From: Lama glama
Taxonomy: Eukaryota
Length of the DNA: 64,000 nucleotides
Direction of reading: 5' to 3'
NCBI GenBank assembly: GCA_028534125.1
Contig: CM052817.1
Coordinates: 39,744,001 to 39,808,000, forward strand
Below, one piece after another: positions 13,001 to 27,300 of this stretch. The notes under the pieces were generated by a model. The model was not told the origin of the DNA and made no database searches. It saw nothing but the letters and a program-made list of their open reading frames with translations. The first letter of the stretch is position 1; each line of letters starts with the position of its first letter. The translations under genes and the position numbers were made by a program.

Positions 13001-16000
13001 AAATTGGTGTAGCCACTATGGAAAACAGTATGGAGATTCCTTAAAAAACTAAAAATAGTTACCATACGATTCAGCAGTCCCACTCCTGAGCATATCCAGA
13101 GGAAAATCCAACTCAAAAAGATAAATGCACCCCAATGTTCATAGCAGCATTATTTACAACAGCCAAGACATAGAAGCAACTTAAATGTCCATCAAAAGAT
13201 GACTGAATAAAGAAGTTGTGGTATATAAATATAATGGAATACTACTTAGCCATAAAAAATAAAATAATGCCATTTGTAACAACATGAATGGACCTGGAGA
13301 TTATTACACTATGTGAAGTAAGTCAAACAGAGAAAGACAAATATCATATGATATCACTCATATGTGGAAGCCAAAAAAATGACACAAATGAACTTATTTA
13401 CAAAACAGAAAGAGATTCACAGACATAGAAAACAAACTTATGATTTACCAGAGGGGAAGGTGGGGGAGGAATAAATGAGGAGTTTGGGATTAGCAGATAC
13501 AAACTACTATATATAGAATAAATAAACAACAAGGACCTACTGTATAGCACAGGAAACTGTATTCAATATTTTGTAACAACCTATATATATGTACAACTGA
13601 ATCACTATGCTGCACACCAGAAACCAACAAAACACTGTAAATCAACTATACTTCAATTAAAAAAAAAAAGTCCTATCAAGCTCACATATGTCTACATTTC
13701 AGTCAATTAACTTCTTACTACCTTAAATATAAAGAAAAATATAATTTTCTTTCTTTTTCTTGCACTATATATTCCTCATGTAAATATATTACATAACTTA
13801 CATAGCTACAGTAGTATATAACCCAGTCACTTTCTAATATAAAAGTAACTTTCTAATTTGTGCCAAAATAAAATAGAAGTTTCAACAGTCCATAATGCAT
13901 GCAATTACTTGAAACATCAATGAGCGGCTCTTACCATAGCATAGCACCCATCCATTGTCAAGATCAAAACATCTATCGGGGACGTGTGGTTGGCAACACA
14001 AATGCCTCCCTTCTGGGGTTTGTACTGCCTGCAATTACAAACAGTAGTACATACTCAACCTTGAAAAAGAGTCACTGTTTTGCAGAATGGCAGGTAGAAA
14101 TTCATCCTGTTTTGTTTTAAAAAGTACACTAAAAACAGAAAGTAAGATGGGCCCATCTTAAAAAGGATGTCTCTAGGCAGTACGATGGGAGGAGGCTAAG
14201 AGTACAGGTGAAATGACTCATGATTTCCCTTTTACATATATTTATGCTGCTTTTTTTGTAATGATCATAGAGTCCTTCTACAATGAAGAAATAATTTTAA
14301 AATATTAGACTTAATTACAAAGATTCTATAAGTTTAATCAATTTTATGATACATAAGTTTTACTTATTTTATCATAAGTATTTTCATATTATTTCAGTCT
14401 TCATATGCATCACTTTTAGTGGCTTCATTGGGATTCACAGAGTAAATTTACTATCGTTCCCTCCCTCTTATCACCCTAAGGCAGAAGTTGGCAAACTTTT
14501 CCTATCGCAGGCCAGATAATAATACTTCAGGCTTTGCAAGCCGGCCAATCTCTGTCAAAACTCCTGGACTCTGCTGTTTGGCACAAAGGAAGCCATAGAT
14601 AATATGGAGATGAATGAGCAAGGCTGTATTCCAATAAAACTTTATTTACAAAAACCAGATAGCAGGCCACATTTGGCCTACAGGCCCATAGTGTAATTTG
14701 CTGACCTCTGTCCTAAAGTTAACAAACAGTATTTGACACTGATGAAGCAAAGCAGTTTTCCTTGGGCCTATACAGAGAAGAAAGGGAACCACGTGCGTAA
14801 CAACTTTGACATGCTTTCCTGAAAATTAGAAGTTGTGAACTCCTCTCTATGTAACTAAAGCACCTCTTCTGTAGAAGATATCACCTCTGATAACAATTTT
14901 ACCAAATTTTACCAATTTTCTTCTGCTCCCCACCAAAAAAATTCATAGCCCAATCACAAAATCATATAACTTTAGAAATTTAAGTGGCCTTTTACGTTGG
15001 TAACACATGGTAAAGCCAAATGATGAAATGTGTCCCTTCTAGAAAAGAGAAAGAAAGATCCAGTCAGTAAAAAAGAGAGGCTTGTCCTAGGACTTTTAAA
15101 ACAATGATGTTAAATATAGAAAAATAAAATTGAGTTAACAGAAGAGTAACTCAAAAACAATCAAAATGACTTTCATGTAGCTAATAACTTCACTTACTTC
15201 CTTTAACCTCTTTGTTCTGTTTTAAGGCTCAGTTATGGAATTTTATAAGTCGCAGGGCTGAGACTAGAAACCAGGTCTCAAGACTCCTACCAAGTCCAGT
15301 CCTCTTTCTCCCATCCTACAGGCTCATTTATTTCACCATTTAGAAATTTTTTAATCGACCCAGTGCAAAACCTGGCTCTGCCACTTACTAGCCACGTGAC
15401 CCTAGACAACCAGTCCCGGAGCTCTCATTTCTTAACCCATGAAACAGGAAAACAGCGCCTCTCTGAATGGGATGGCAGATGAGAAGCACACACCTGGCCT
15501 GCACACCATAAATGCCCAATTATTTAGTGTCATTGCATGTTTATTATTATGGTCCCTCTGCAAATGGATTGCTTTTGAAAAGTGTTTTTGTGCCCTGCTA
15601 TGTGTGTGACACTAAGCAGAAGGGATGAACACACAGGAAGTACTCCTCTTTCACCTGCTCCCTCCCACCCACGGCTGTCAATCACAGGCTGGATTTACCC
15701 AGAGAGAGGCAGGCTGGAAGTCAGCACCCACTCACTTGTTATGATAATGAATGGTACCAGAGAGGGCACGAACACAGATTCTGCAGCAAGTCAGGTGGAC
15801 CAGTTCACTCAGCCAGTTTTTGAGGCTGAAAGAAAGAGAAACTATTTCATTGTGCAGCTCTGGGCACCCCCCAAAAACAATATAATAGAAGCTTTTATGT
15901 GCTCCTTCACAACAGCTTACTGTGTTCTGAAGTAAAAGCACAGTCGATTCCTAAGTCTCTTGGAGGACAAAACTCTAATGGAAGAAAGCTCCCACCCTAC

Positions 16001-18175
16001 CAGACTGTCAGTCTCCATTCCTGACCAAGACAAGCTGAAGCGTCTTTGGTCTTGGCCCTACGAGCTTGACAATACTGTAAGACTCGCTTGCTTTCCTTGA
16101 GTTCCTTAATCTATTTTCTTTCTTCTCATCTTTTCTCCTTTGAAAAAACAACTTCTTTCAATTTATATGAAGGCATGATGGGAAATCAAATAATTGAAGA
16201 CTATGAAGATGAATTGAGCAACATTTTAATACACGTGCCAAGGCCATCACTTTGATGCAGTACATAGGAATGAAACAAATACTCTCACCTCCCCCCATTT
16301 AAAAGAAAAAGTTAAGTACTTGGTTATATACCAATCATTAGGTTACAATATAACACAGCTATGTATTGATTCAAAATAAAAAACATGAAGAATATACCAA
16401 AAATTTTTAAAAAGAAACAAATATTCTCTTTGTGGACACAGCTAAGAAAATGGACAATCCTATTAATGGCTGGGAGGAAGGAAATATTTCACCTGCTCTC
16501 CGGCAGCTGTCCAACCAACGTGGTTCCCATAACCAACAAACTGATCCCAATGAAAGCCAAGGTAACCCTGAAAAAGAAAAGAAAAGGTAATGCAAAAGCT
16601 AGCTGAACACGATGGCAGAAAGGGAAAGAACATAAAGTTCGTAAATAATGAAACTGTAAAAAAGTGGTAGAGCATTCACGCTATGGAATATGATGCAGCC
16701 ATTTGTGAACGAAAATACTCCAATGTGAATGAAAATACTGCAACCGTATCAGTAAACAAAGAATGCTGAAACCAAGTCATCAGCGGCTGCGGCCACCCCC
16801 CAGTGAGGACAGGCCTGCAGCCCAGCCTCTGCAGCCACTCACAATGGTGCACTCGGAGCAGACTCAGAATAAGAAAGGAGAGGTTACTGGGCCTAGATAG
16901 CTAGGTGCTTGTCAAAGGANNNNNNNNNNNNNNNNNNNNNNNNNNNNNNNNNNNNNNNNNNNNNNNNNNNNNNNNNNNNNNNNNNNNNNNNNNNNNNNNN
17001 NNNNNNNNNNNNNNNNNNNNNNNNNNNNNNNNNNNNNNNNNNNNNNNNNNNNNNNNNNNNNNNNNNNNNNNNNNNNNNNNNNNNNNNNNNNNNNNNNNNN
17101 NNNNNNNNNNNNNNNNNNNNNNNNNNNNNNNNNNNNNNNNNNNNNNNNNNNNNNNNNNNNNNNNNNNNNNNNNNNNNNNNNNNNNNNNNNNNNNNNNNNN
17201 NNNNNNNNNNNNNNNNNNNNNNNNNNNNNNNNNNNNNNNNNNNNNNNNNNNNNNNNNNNNNNNNNNNNNNNNNNNNNNNNNNNNNNNNNNNNNNNNNNNN
17301 NNNNNNNNNNNNNNNNNNNNNNNNNNNNNNNNNNNNNNNNNNNNNNNNNNNNNNNNNNNNNNNNNNNNNNNNNNNNNNNNNNNNNNNNNNNNNNNNNNNN
17401 NNNNNNNNNNNNNNNNNNNCAATGTGAATGAAAATACTGCAACCGTATCAGTAAACAAAGAATGCTGAAACCAAGTCATCAGCGGCTGCGGCCACCCCCC
17501 AGTGAGGACAGGCCTGCAGCCCAGCCTCTGCAGCCACTCACAATGGTGCACTCGGAGCAGACTCAGAATAAGAAAGGAGAGGTTACTGGGCCTAGATAGC
17601 TAGGTGCTTGTCAAAGGAATGAATTCAGTGAGCCCAAATGTTTGCTTCCTCCCATACATAGAAAAGCATTGAATTCTTTAACTTGAGATGCCTGGTTTTC
17701 TTTAGATAACAAGTAATCTTTTATTGTTCCAACTACCTGGTCTTTGTTGTAAAGCTCCTATATATCCTAGCTCCTCCCCTACCTCTTTGGAGCAGTCCCT
17801 CAGAGCCATCTGAGAGGCTGTCATCCCGGCTCGAGTCCTCCCGCCAAATAAAACATAACTTTTAACTTTTAGGCTGCGCATTTATTTCAGTCGACACATT
17901 GAAAGAACTGGGCAAATCTGTAGATTCTGACATGGGAGAACAGTTTTTGGTACATTTCGAGAGAAAAGAAAGCAAAGTAAGTTTCAAAAGAATGTGTAGA
18001 GTATAATAGCATTTTCAGTAAAACAGCAAGCATGTAACTAGTCCATTGACACATAGAGCAGGCCTGGAAATTTGTTCACAAAGCTGCCAAGTTCAAGGGG
18101 GGTGGGTATAGCTCAGTGGTAGAGTGCATGCTTAGCATGCACAAGATCCTGATTCAATCCCTAGTACCTCCATTA

Positions 18176-18220
<45 letters not shown>

Positions 18221-18225
18221 CAGAA

Positions 18226-18305
<80 letters not shown>

Positions 18306-21300
18306 AAAGAAAAGAAAAGAAAAGAAAAGAAAAGAAAAGAAAAGAAAAGAGAGAAAAGAAAAGAAAAGAAATCCCCCCCCAAACAAACAAAACTGTACAG
18401 TTCAATCTATGGAAACATCAAAGGGTTAAAGCAGGCTAGTGAAGAGAATAAATTAAAAGTCTTGCCCCTCTGCTTTTCTGAATTTTTAAAAAATTTTTAA
18501 ATACACACATATTAACGTCTTGTATAATATAAGAATTTTATGTTGTACAAAGGAGTCATTTAGGTTGAAAGTACTTATTCTGACGGGATATTTTGGTGTA
18601 GAGTGGTATTACTATAAAAGGAAATACCTTGCAAAGGTCTGAAAATAACTTGTTTTTCTGTGTTTTTTAATGACGAGGCAAAAGAGTGCAATTCAACTTC
18701 TTCTCAAAAGGATTTAAAATTTACAGCAAATGGCAAGAAAGTTTTACTTATAAAGGCTCTATCATAATAAGAACACCAAATTATATCACCATGTAGGAAT
18801 TCTTCCATGCAAATCTAACCTTCGTGTGTTTCAAGCTAACTCATAAGTTAGTTACCAAGATGACTAACAACACCTCTAATCTTCACCTTCTCATTTTTGA
18901 AAAGTAATCTTAATAAATGTGCTAATCACTCAAGAAGAAAAGTCATTTTTAAAGATGTAAATTCAAAAAGAAAAGGGTGAGATTTTAAAACTTTCAAAAT
19001 AAACAGTGTCTCATAATTTAAGGTGTTTAACCTTGTGCAAGTCTTGGTTTAACACCTATGCCAGCAATCTGAAGGTTCATTTCAGTTTTCTTTAGATGCC
19101 ATATTTTCATGTCAGTCAGTAATGCAATAACTAAATGACTGTTTAATTTCATCCATCAATTACGCAAATGTTTTAAAATGATGTTTTAAAATAATGCCAT
19201 CTTGTCCTAATGAGAATAACTTGTTCCTACATATTAAATCAGAAGAGGTTACATTTTACCATGTTTAACAACTGGGTTCAAAACCATTGAACATTTTTAT
19301 TTGCTAAATTAACAGGCCAGAAAACTCTTGTTTTCCAGTTTAAGCCAACATGAGAGATCTCACGGAAGACACAAGTTTTCTGCCACAGTCTGTTCTGCTT
19401 AAGAGCTTTACTGAGATAAAATCCATGTCATACAATTCACCCATTTAAAGTGTATAATTCAACAGTTTTTGGCATATTCACAGAGTTGTGCAACCATCAC
19501 TAAAATCAATTTTAGCACAATCTGTTTTTAAATGCTCACTTTGTAGCAACTGTTTCCTTTAAAAAGCATTTACAAAGCAATTCTTCCACATTGAAGAGTA
19601 TGTACTACCCCTAGGAGTGTCAATTTTGCCATTGTCTTCTTGTTCTTGGGTGCTTACATTACTGGATTGTCCTAAATCTGTGGTATCTTTGCAAGAATCA
19701 TGTCTATTTTGTGAATGTCAGTTTAAACTAGGTAACAGAATCATAACACTCTTTGTTGGGCACCCACAGCAGGTGAGGAGAGCTAACCAACTAATAAGGA
19801 CATCTCAAGTACTCCGGGTGGTAAAATCCTCTCTCTGCCCTCAGGTTGCCTTGGATACGGTGCCTGACCCAAGTGATGATTTAAGAGTCCACCTAGATAT
19901 TCCACTTTACTGATGTTTCATTTCTTTATAAGCATGAAAACAGAATTATAAATAGACTAGAAAATGCTAATAAATAAAAGCTCAAATATTTCCTTCCTAC
20001 ATACCAACGGCTAGTCTTGTGCATCCCCAGAGCACATGAACCCCACTTTGGGAACACTGGCATAATGATCAAGCAAAAATGTATCTGAATTTCACTTTGT
20101 TATCACAGCTGAAATGATTCCCAAAAGACATACCATGCCCTGGCATCAGACTCTGGCAACACGAGCACAAGAAAACAGGAAGAGCTCCTCAGAAATGTGC
20201 CTTTACCTACTTAAGCAATCCTCTCCCCTGTAATAAATCTGCATGAGGCAAGTACAGGCCATCCTAGGGATGGTAAAGAGGCTTCAACCCATGCGCCAAT
20301 TTTAGTTGGCGGATAGCAACTGCCTGGAAACCTCCACGGAGAGCACACCACGGCCACGTCCAGGGCAATGAAGCAAGACAATGAGCAGCAATATCGCGAC
20401 TGGCCCACGTGCCTGCTACCTGCCACCACCATGCTAGACAGACCTTCATCACTTCACGCCGCTGCCACTGTCACCTCTGCTACCTGCGTTCCAAACTGTG
20501 GCTCTGGGCTTTGAGGGTACCTCCTCGTGAGGTGGCACGCAGACTTCGAACCAAAAGGGGACGCAACTGGGGAACTTTTAATAAGGAAGGTGAGTGACCA
20601 TGATGAAACTGGATGGAACCAATTCACTCCTCTGAACTTCTCTCTCCCATGTGATAACCAGTCCCAGGAATTTTCTTCTTTCCTGTGCAGCCATGAACGG
20701 CTACAGAACAGCAGAGAGTCTGGATGACACTCTGGTGACTGGAACTGCAAATCCTCTCTCTTCTTTCTTCTAACTTCCCTTTTCTATCCATCTTCAAACT
20801 ATGACTGAAAGAGTGACACGGGTCCAGATTAATACACAGTGGGTGGGATTAATCCCATTAATACTATCATATCACCATTACATACATGGATTAAAAAGCA
20901 AGCTTCTCACTTTGCTGTATATCTGAAACATACAACACTGTACACCAACTATACTTCTGTTAAAAAAATTTGGAAAAAAAAAAAAGCTGAACCAATTATA
21001 CCATCAAATTCCTGGGAGGAGACATACCTCAGAGGTAGTAGGATACAGTAGCGCACTAGGACGCCCAGCACCCATACCATGGTGAGCCGCGGACTGATGT
21101 ACTGGAAATTTACATTGGTCCTTGTGAGGAGATTCCATGACACTAGCTCCTCTGAGGAGAACCTCTGGGTCACCTCGTCTTCCACAATGGCTTCCAATCC
21201 CTTCTTGGAGAAATAAAACACGTCAGACAGCTCAAAGTCCCTTCCTCGCAGACCAGAGAGCCCTTTTTCCATGGGTGACTCATCTCTTTGGATAATACCT

Positions 21301-24300
21301 TAAAAGAAAGCATCAGGACATGAGAAAATGCCACAGGACAGAGGAACAACTGACCAAAGAGGTTATTTTAACTGTGCTGAATGAAGACAAATACATTTAA
21401 TGGGTAACATGAAGCAGATTTCAGAAATAAAAGACAAGCCAACGGCAGTGGGAAAAGAGTTTGCCTGAAATGGCTTGTACCCAATGATCTCAACTCATTA
21501 TGGAGGTATTTAGCCCTCAATAACCCTCCTGCCAGCATTTACTCCCTACATACCATTAGCAAAAGAACTCACAGAAACAAACTCTCCCCAAGTTTAGATC
21601 TAGACTGTGTAAAAACAAAGATTTATGTTCGCCACAGATAAAATCTATAAAGCCAAAAAGCAAGCAAAATGGTCGGGGTATTTATTTATCACAAATGGCG
21701 GAAGATTGGTGTTTTCAGTATGTAAAAATTATTTAATAAGAAAAACACAGCTCCCGCAAAAAAGTTGGCAAAGTTCATGAACTGGATTTATAGAAACAAC
21801 ATTAGTTAATAAATATATCCAAGCCTTTTTTACTAATAATCAAAGAAACCTGAATTAGACAAAGACTAGCCTATTTACATGAACAAATGAGCAACATTTT
21901 TGTTTAATGATGAAGTTCAAAGACAGAAATGATACAGGTACTCTCATATTCAATTTGTATGTGTGTGGAACTCGGAGCAGCTCTGTCAAAATCTGTTTGG
22001 CGTGAAGACGCTAAAAATAGTTTTGCTGGTTATTCAATAATTCCAATTCTAGGACTCTGACATAAGAAGATAGTCAGAAATGTAGGCAACAGTGTTCACT
22101 GTAGTATTTTCTATTGTAGTCGATCCAGACAGTGAGATACAGTGCATCCATTAATAAACACTGTAATGTTAAGTGAAAAAAACCAGGATCCAAAACTATG
22201 GTTTATTCTTAACTCTATGAAATACATACACAGTAAAAATGCCAAAAGGAAACAGTAAGTGGTTATCTCTGGGCAAGAGGACAACTTTTCCTCTTTATAC
22301 TGTTACTGTATTTTCCATACTGAAAATAATTCAAAGATTTTTAAAGTAGCATAACTTGGGTAAATCGAAAAATGACTTCTGCCATCCAGTTCTAATCACT
22401 AAATAAAAATAATAGATGAGAAGATCTTCAAAGAATAAAAAGTAGCTATATGCCAGTGATATGGCCGTCCATCTGTCCTCTGGGGTGTATCACAGAGGAA
22501 TTCATGTTCCACATTAGAAAAATCAAGACTTAAGATGTTAAATTCCCTGAAAGATCTTCTTTGATTTTCTCACTTTTCAGTTTACTAAGAAATCAGTGAG
22601 GAGAGTGCTGTTCTCTGTCCTCTGGAGAACCTGGGTGTGCATCCATAGAAACAGCTGTAATATATCCTTTTTTTTTTTTGAAGGAATAGCAGTGTATGCA
22701 CTGGAGTAGAAAGTAAAGAGGATCTGGAATCCAAAGTCAACTTCTGTTAGGACCATTACCAGCTAGCTCCATGAGTGTGGGTAACAGGTTAAGTCACCTA
22801 ACTTGGTGTCTTCCCTTATAAAATGGGGCTGGGGCTGAGAATGTATTTAGTATCCTTGCAAAGGAAGACTAAAGTTTTCTGATTTTACTTTGGGGTTTTT
22901 GGGTGGGTTTTGGTGTGTTTGTTTTTGCCCACATGCAAAGCTAATACCTAATCACCTTAAGAAAGCAAGCAATAAAGTTAAGTTCATGAATGATCATCAG
23001 ATTATCTTTTTCAGTAGTGCACTCCAAGTGGTTTAACCTTTCTTCATCTCTGAAAAGGATCTGATCCACATTAGAGAAGGAACCAGATAGTGTTGCTACT
23101 GAATTACCCTTTGGCTCTGTAGGTACTGCAGTACCACTCCGAGCAGCTTACACAATCCAAGCACTGGCCAATATTTAGCAATGCAAGAGTTTCATTATTT
23201 AGCAATGGAGTTTTGTTTTTTTTTTAAGTCTAGAAGGGGAGGGAAGAACAGTTATTCAGGAAATCTTTAAATGAAACACACTGGAGACAGGAGACAGCCC
23301 TTCCAAAATTAACCTTTTTCAGAGCGCCAGAGGTAAGAACACAAGTTCAAGTTGCCTCACATTATTTAACTGAGCCAGGAGAGAAGAAATCTGTAAAGAG
23401 AAGCCAGCCCCTTGGCCCCTGCACACTTGATGTGCAATGTTTTCTTTGCCCCTGACCTACTTTATTCTGTGTAACTCAAATAAAATATAATTCAATTTTA
23501 TATTTTCCTTAAGCTTCTTCCAAAAGTATGTGGAAAACAACAATGCATCTAATTGACAAAAGATTCATTTCCAGAATATATTAAGACATACAGAAAACTA
23601 GTAAGGAAAAGTCTTCAAAGAACTCAGTTAAAAAATGGCTAAGTATATGACAAGCAATTCATTAAAAGAGTAAATCTTAATGACTTACTTTTATTTTTTC
23701 TTTTTTTTTTATTGAAGTGTAGTTGATTTACAATGTTAGTTTCAGGTGTACAGCAAAGCAATTCAGTTATACATAGACAGACATACATAAATATTTTTTC
23801 AGTTTCTTTTCCATTACAGCTCATTACAAAAAACTGAATAAAGTTCCCTGTGTTATACAGTAGGTCCTTGCTGTTTATCTATTTTACATATAGTAATGTG
23901 AATCTGCTAATCCCAAATTCTTAATCTACCCCTCCTCCCCCCTTACCCCTGGTAACTAGTTTGTTTTCTACATCTGTGAGTCTACTACTGGTTTGTAAAT
24001 CTGTATCTTTTTTTTCAATTCCACACACATATAAACCACATCATATGATAAATGTCCTTCTCTGTCTGACTTACTTCACATAATATGATTATCTCTAGGT
24101 CCATCTATGTGCCGCAAATGGCATTATTCCATTCTTTTTTATGGCTGAGTAGTATTCCATCACATATATATCTCACATCTCCTTTATTTACCATCTGTCA
24201 GTGGACACTTAGGTTGTTTCCATGTCTTGGCTATTGTAAATAGTGCTGCTGTAAACACTGGGGTGCATGTATCTTTTTGAATTATAGTTTTCTACAGATA

Positions 24301-27300
24301 TATGCCCAGGAGTGGGACTGCTGGATCATATGATAAGTCCATTTTTAGTTTTTCAAGGAACCTCCATATTGTCCTTAATGACTTACTTTTAAATAAACAT
24401 TTTTTGAAATGTTCAACTTTACTATAATCAGACCACCAATATAACCACAATGACATACTATTTCATACCTACGAAGATAAAAAAAATTTAACTAAATAAG
24501 TGTGGGTAAAGATTTGAGACAATGGACATGTAATAAGTACAACCATACTGGAAAACAATTTGACACTGCCTAGTAAATTTAAATATTCATAGCCCACAGC
24601 AATTCTACTCCCAGGCATACCTCAGGAAGGTTTTTTGCTTAATAATTTCAAATATACAGAAAAGTTGCAACAATAGTTCACTCTACCCAGATCCACAAAT
24701 TGCCAAAATTTTGTCACAGCTGCTTTACCATTGTATCTCTGTATGTAAAAACAATATTTTTTCCTGAACCACTTGAAAATAAATTGCAGATGCTATGCCT
24801 TTTACCCTCAAATATTTCAGCATGGATTTCCTTAAGATACTGAGCTTCACTCATTTAACCACAGTACAATTATCAAAATCAGGTAATTGACATTACTGCA
24901 ATACTAGTATCTAATCTACACACCTTATTCAAATTCTGACAATGATTCCAATAATATCTTTCATAGCATTTTTTTCTGGTCTAGGGTTCAACCCAGGATT
25001 GTACATTACCTTTCCATGTCACCTTTTTAGTTTCCTATTTTATGAAACGGCTCCTCAGCCTTTCTTTGTTTTTTAAGATAATGACATAGCTTAAGAATAC
25101 AAGCCTTTTATTTTGTAGAATGTCTCTGAATTTGGATTAATCTGATATCTCTTCACGATCAGATGCAGGTTGTACACTGTGGGCAGGAGTACTATGTAAG
25201 TGATGCTGTATCCTTCTCAGTGCATCAACCTGGGTAGGCACAGACGTCAGACTGTCCCATCAATGGTGATGTTTAACTCTTATCACTTGGTTTGAGGTAG
25301 TCAGTGCTTACAAGGTTTGTCCACTGTGAAGTTACTCTTCTCCTATTTTTGATTACTAGATAATTATTACCTGCAAGTATCCATAAAGAGGATAAGACTA
25401 TGGAAATATCCTGCTCCTCACACTTTTGTCCCATGGTATTAGCAGCTACTGATGGCCTTGCCTGAATAAACTGGCACTATGTTTTTTTTAAAATAGTATT
25501 TTTCTCCCTCCTTCGTTCCCTTCACATTTATTATTTGGCATTCCACTTTAAGGAAGCGCTTTTCCCTTATATTCTAGAGAGATTCTTATAAAATTGTGTA
25601 CAAGTAGACCATACATAAGAACATCTTGCCATACTGTTTACAATAGCAAAACAGTGGAATCAATACAAAGGTCCATTCCATAGGTAGATATATAGCAGTA
25701 TATACAAATATCAAATCATTATGCTCTACACCTGAAACTAATATAATGTTATATGTCAACTACACCTCAAAAAGTAAATAAATGGTAGCTCATAATTTTT
25801 TTAAATGGATATATGAAGTGTATACTACACAGCAGTTAAAAGAAATTAAACATTTACCAACTTAGATAATTCACAAACATCAGAATAAACAATTCAGAAT
25901 AATTTATGAAAGGTGATATTGAATAATGTAAAGCAATAAATACTATGTATTGTCTAAGGGTACAGACATATACAGGAGAAGTATGAAATATGCATAAAAA
26001 TAATAAACATCAAAATCAGAGGAGTAGTTTCAGGGATTGGCAGGGCAATGGAATCAGGGAGAGATAAACAGAATTTGTTTTGTGAAGTTTTATTTATTAC
26101 ATTAGGCGGTGGCTACACACATGCTAGAACAAAAGAAAAAACAAGTTACATGGAACTGACAGTTGTTCCTAAAATGAAGATCTATGTTGTAAGAGAGCAG
26201 GCACCAGCTTAAGAGTGCTTTAGTAAGGCACACAAAATCTGCAATTAGGTATTATAAAATTAAATGTCAAAAGAAGTACTACTGAATATATAATGTTACT
26301 TCCTTCTTGAAATATATTTACTATTAAGGGTCAGAAACACTGATTCAATTCACCCTAAATATAATCTTCTAACAGCAAAAAATACTCAATTCAATCAACA
26401 CATAAGGGACACTCACTATGTATCAGGCATCAAAGTACATGTTAGGAAAAAAAGAGGAAATATCTCTTTTGACACCAAAATATGTTCCTAAGTAGACCAA
26501 CAGTCTTCAAAATATAGATATAAATACATACCAGATTTAACTAGTACAGACAATTTTGATATTGGTTTTTATCATCATTAAGGAAATCTGTTATTATTAA
26601 TAAATTAACCCTGATTCTTCAGAGCAACCTACAGTTCTTAAATTGGTAAAACTCTAATTCTAAGAAATACTTCCTTTTGTCCCGCAAAGCAGCTTCAAAA
26701 AAGGAAAGCCATAAACATTTGAACTTTGTCCTTACACCAGATGCTTTGGTAAACCCAACAAGGTTCATGCTTGGATGAAAATAAAATTAGAACAATTATC
26801 TCTAATGCAAGAGATGAATTGCACAAGCTGCCTGTGCCCCCTGCCTTGAGAAAGTCACTGGTACATAAATGATACCAGCTATGAAAGGCCTATTAAAAGA
26901 AATGGAGGCTGAAGTTAAAACCACCTCAAATATAATTAACTCTAAATGAGCTGAGTGAACTCTTGGAATAACTGCCCATTTATAAATCATGCTAGTTTTC
27001 CCATCCTCCAGCTGTAAAGGATGCTTTCTAGGTCAGTGATTACAGAAAATCAGAGTCCACTACAGACCAAAAATGGATATAACAGGCTTATGTATAGAAG
27101 TCGATCCTTGATCTACCAATGGGCTGTCTTCCAAAAGACAGAAGCTCAGAGTTCAAAACACACTCTCTCATGGAAACTTTGTTGGAGTTAGTCTGTTTGA
27201 GCTAGAATCCTATCCTAACATAAGTCTAATTAACCCAAAGCATACGTGATCATACAGTAGCAGTACCATGAAATGAAATAGGAATCTCCTTCAGCACTGT

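Noticed and set aside
9776..13012. ORFs resembling reverse-transcriptase C-terminal sequence
   Set aside because: Frameshifted fragments of truncated L1 ORF2, not host genes
16901..17551. Long ORFs of 172-216 aa
   Set aside because: Artefacts of translating through the N gap
18132..18405. Phe/Ser/Leu-rich ORFs
   Set aside because: Translations of the microsatellite
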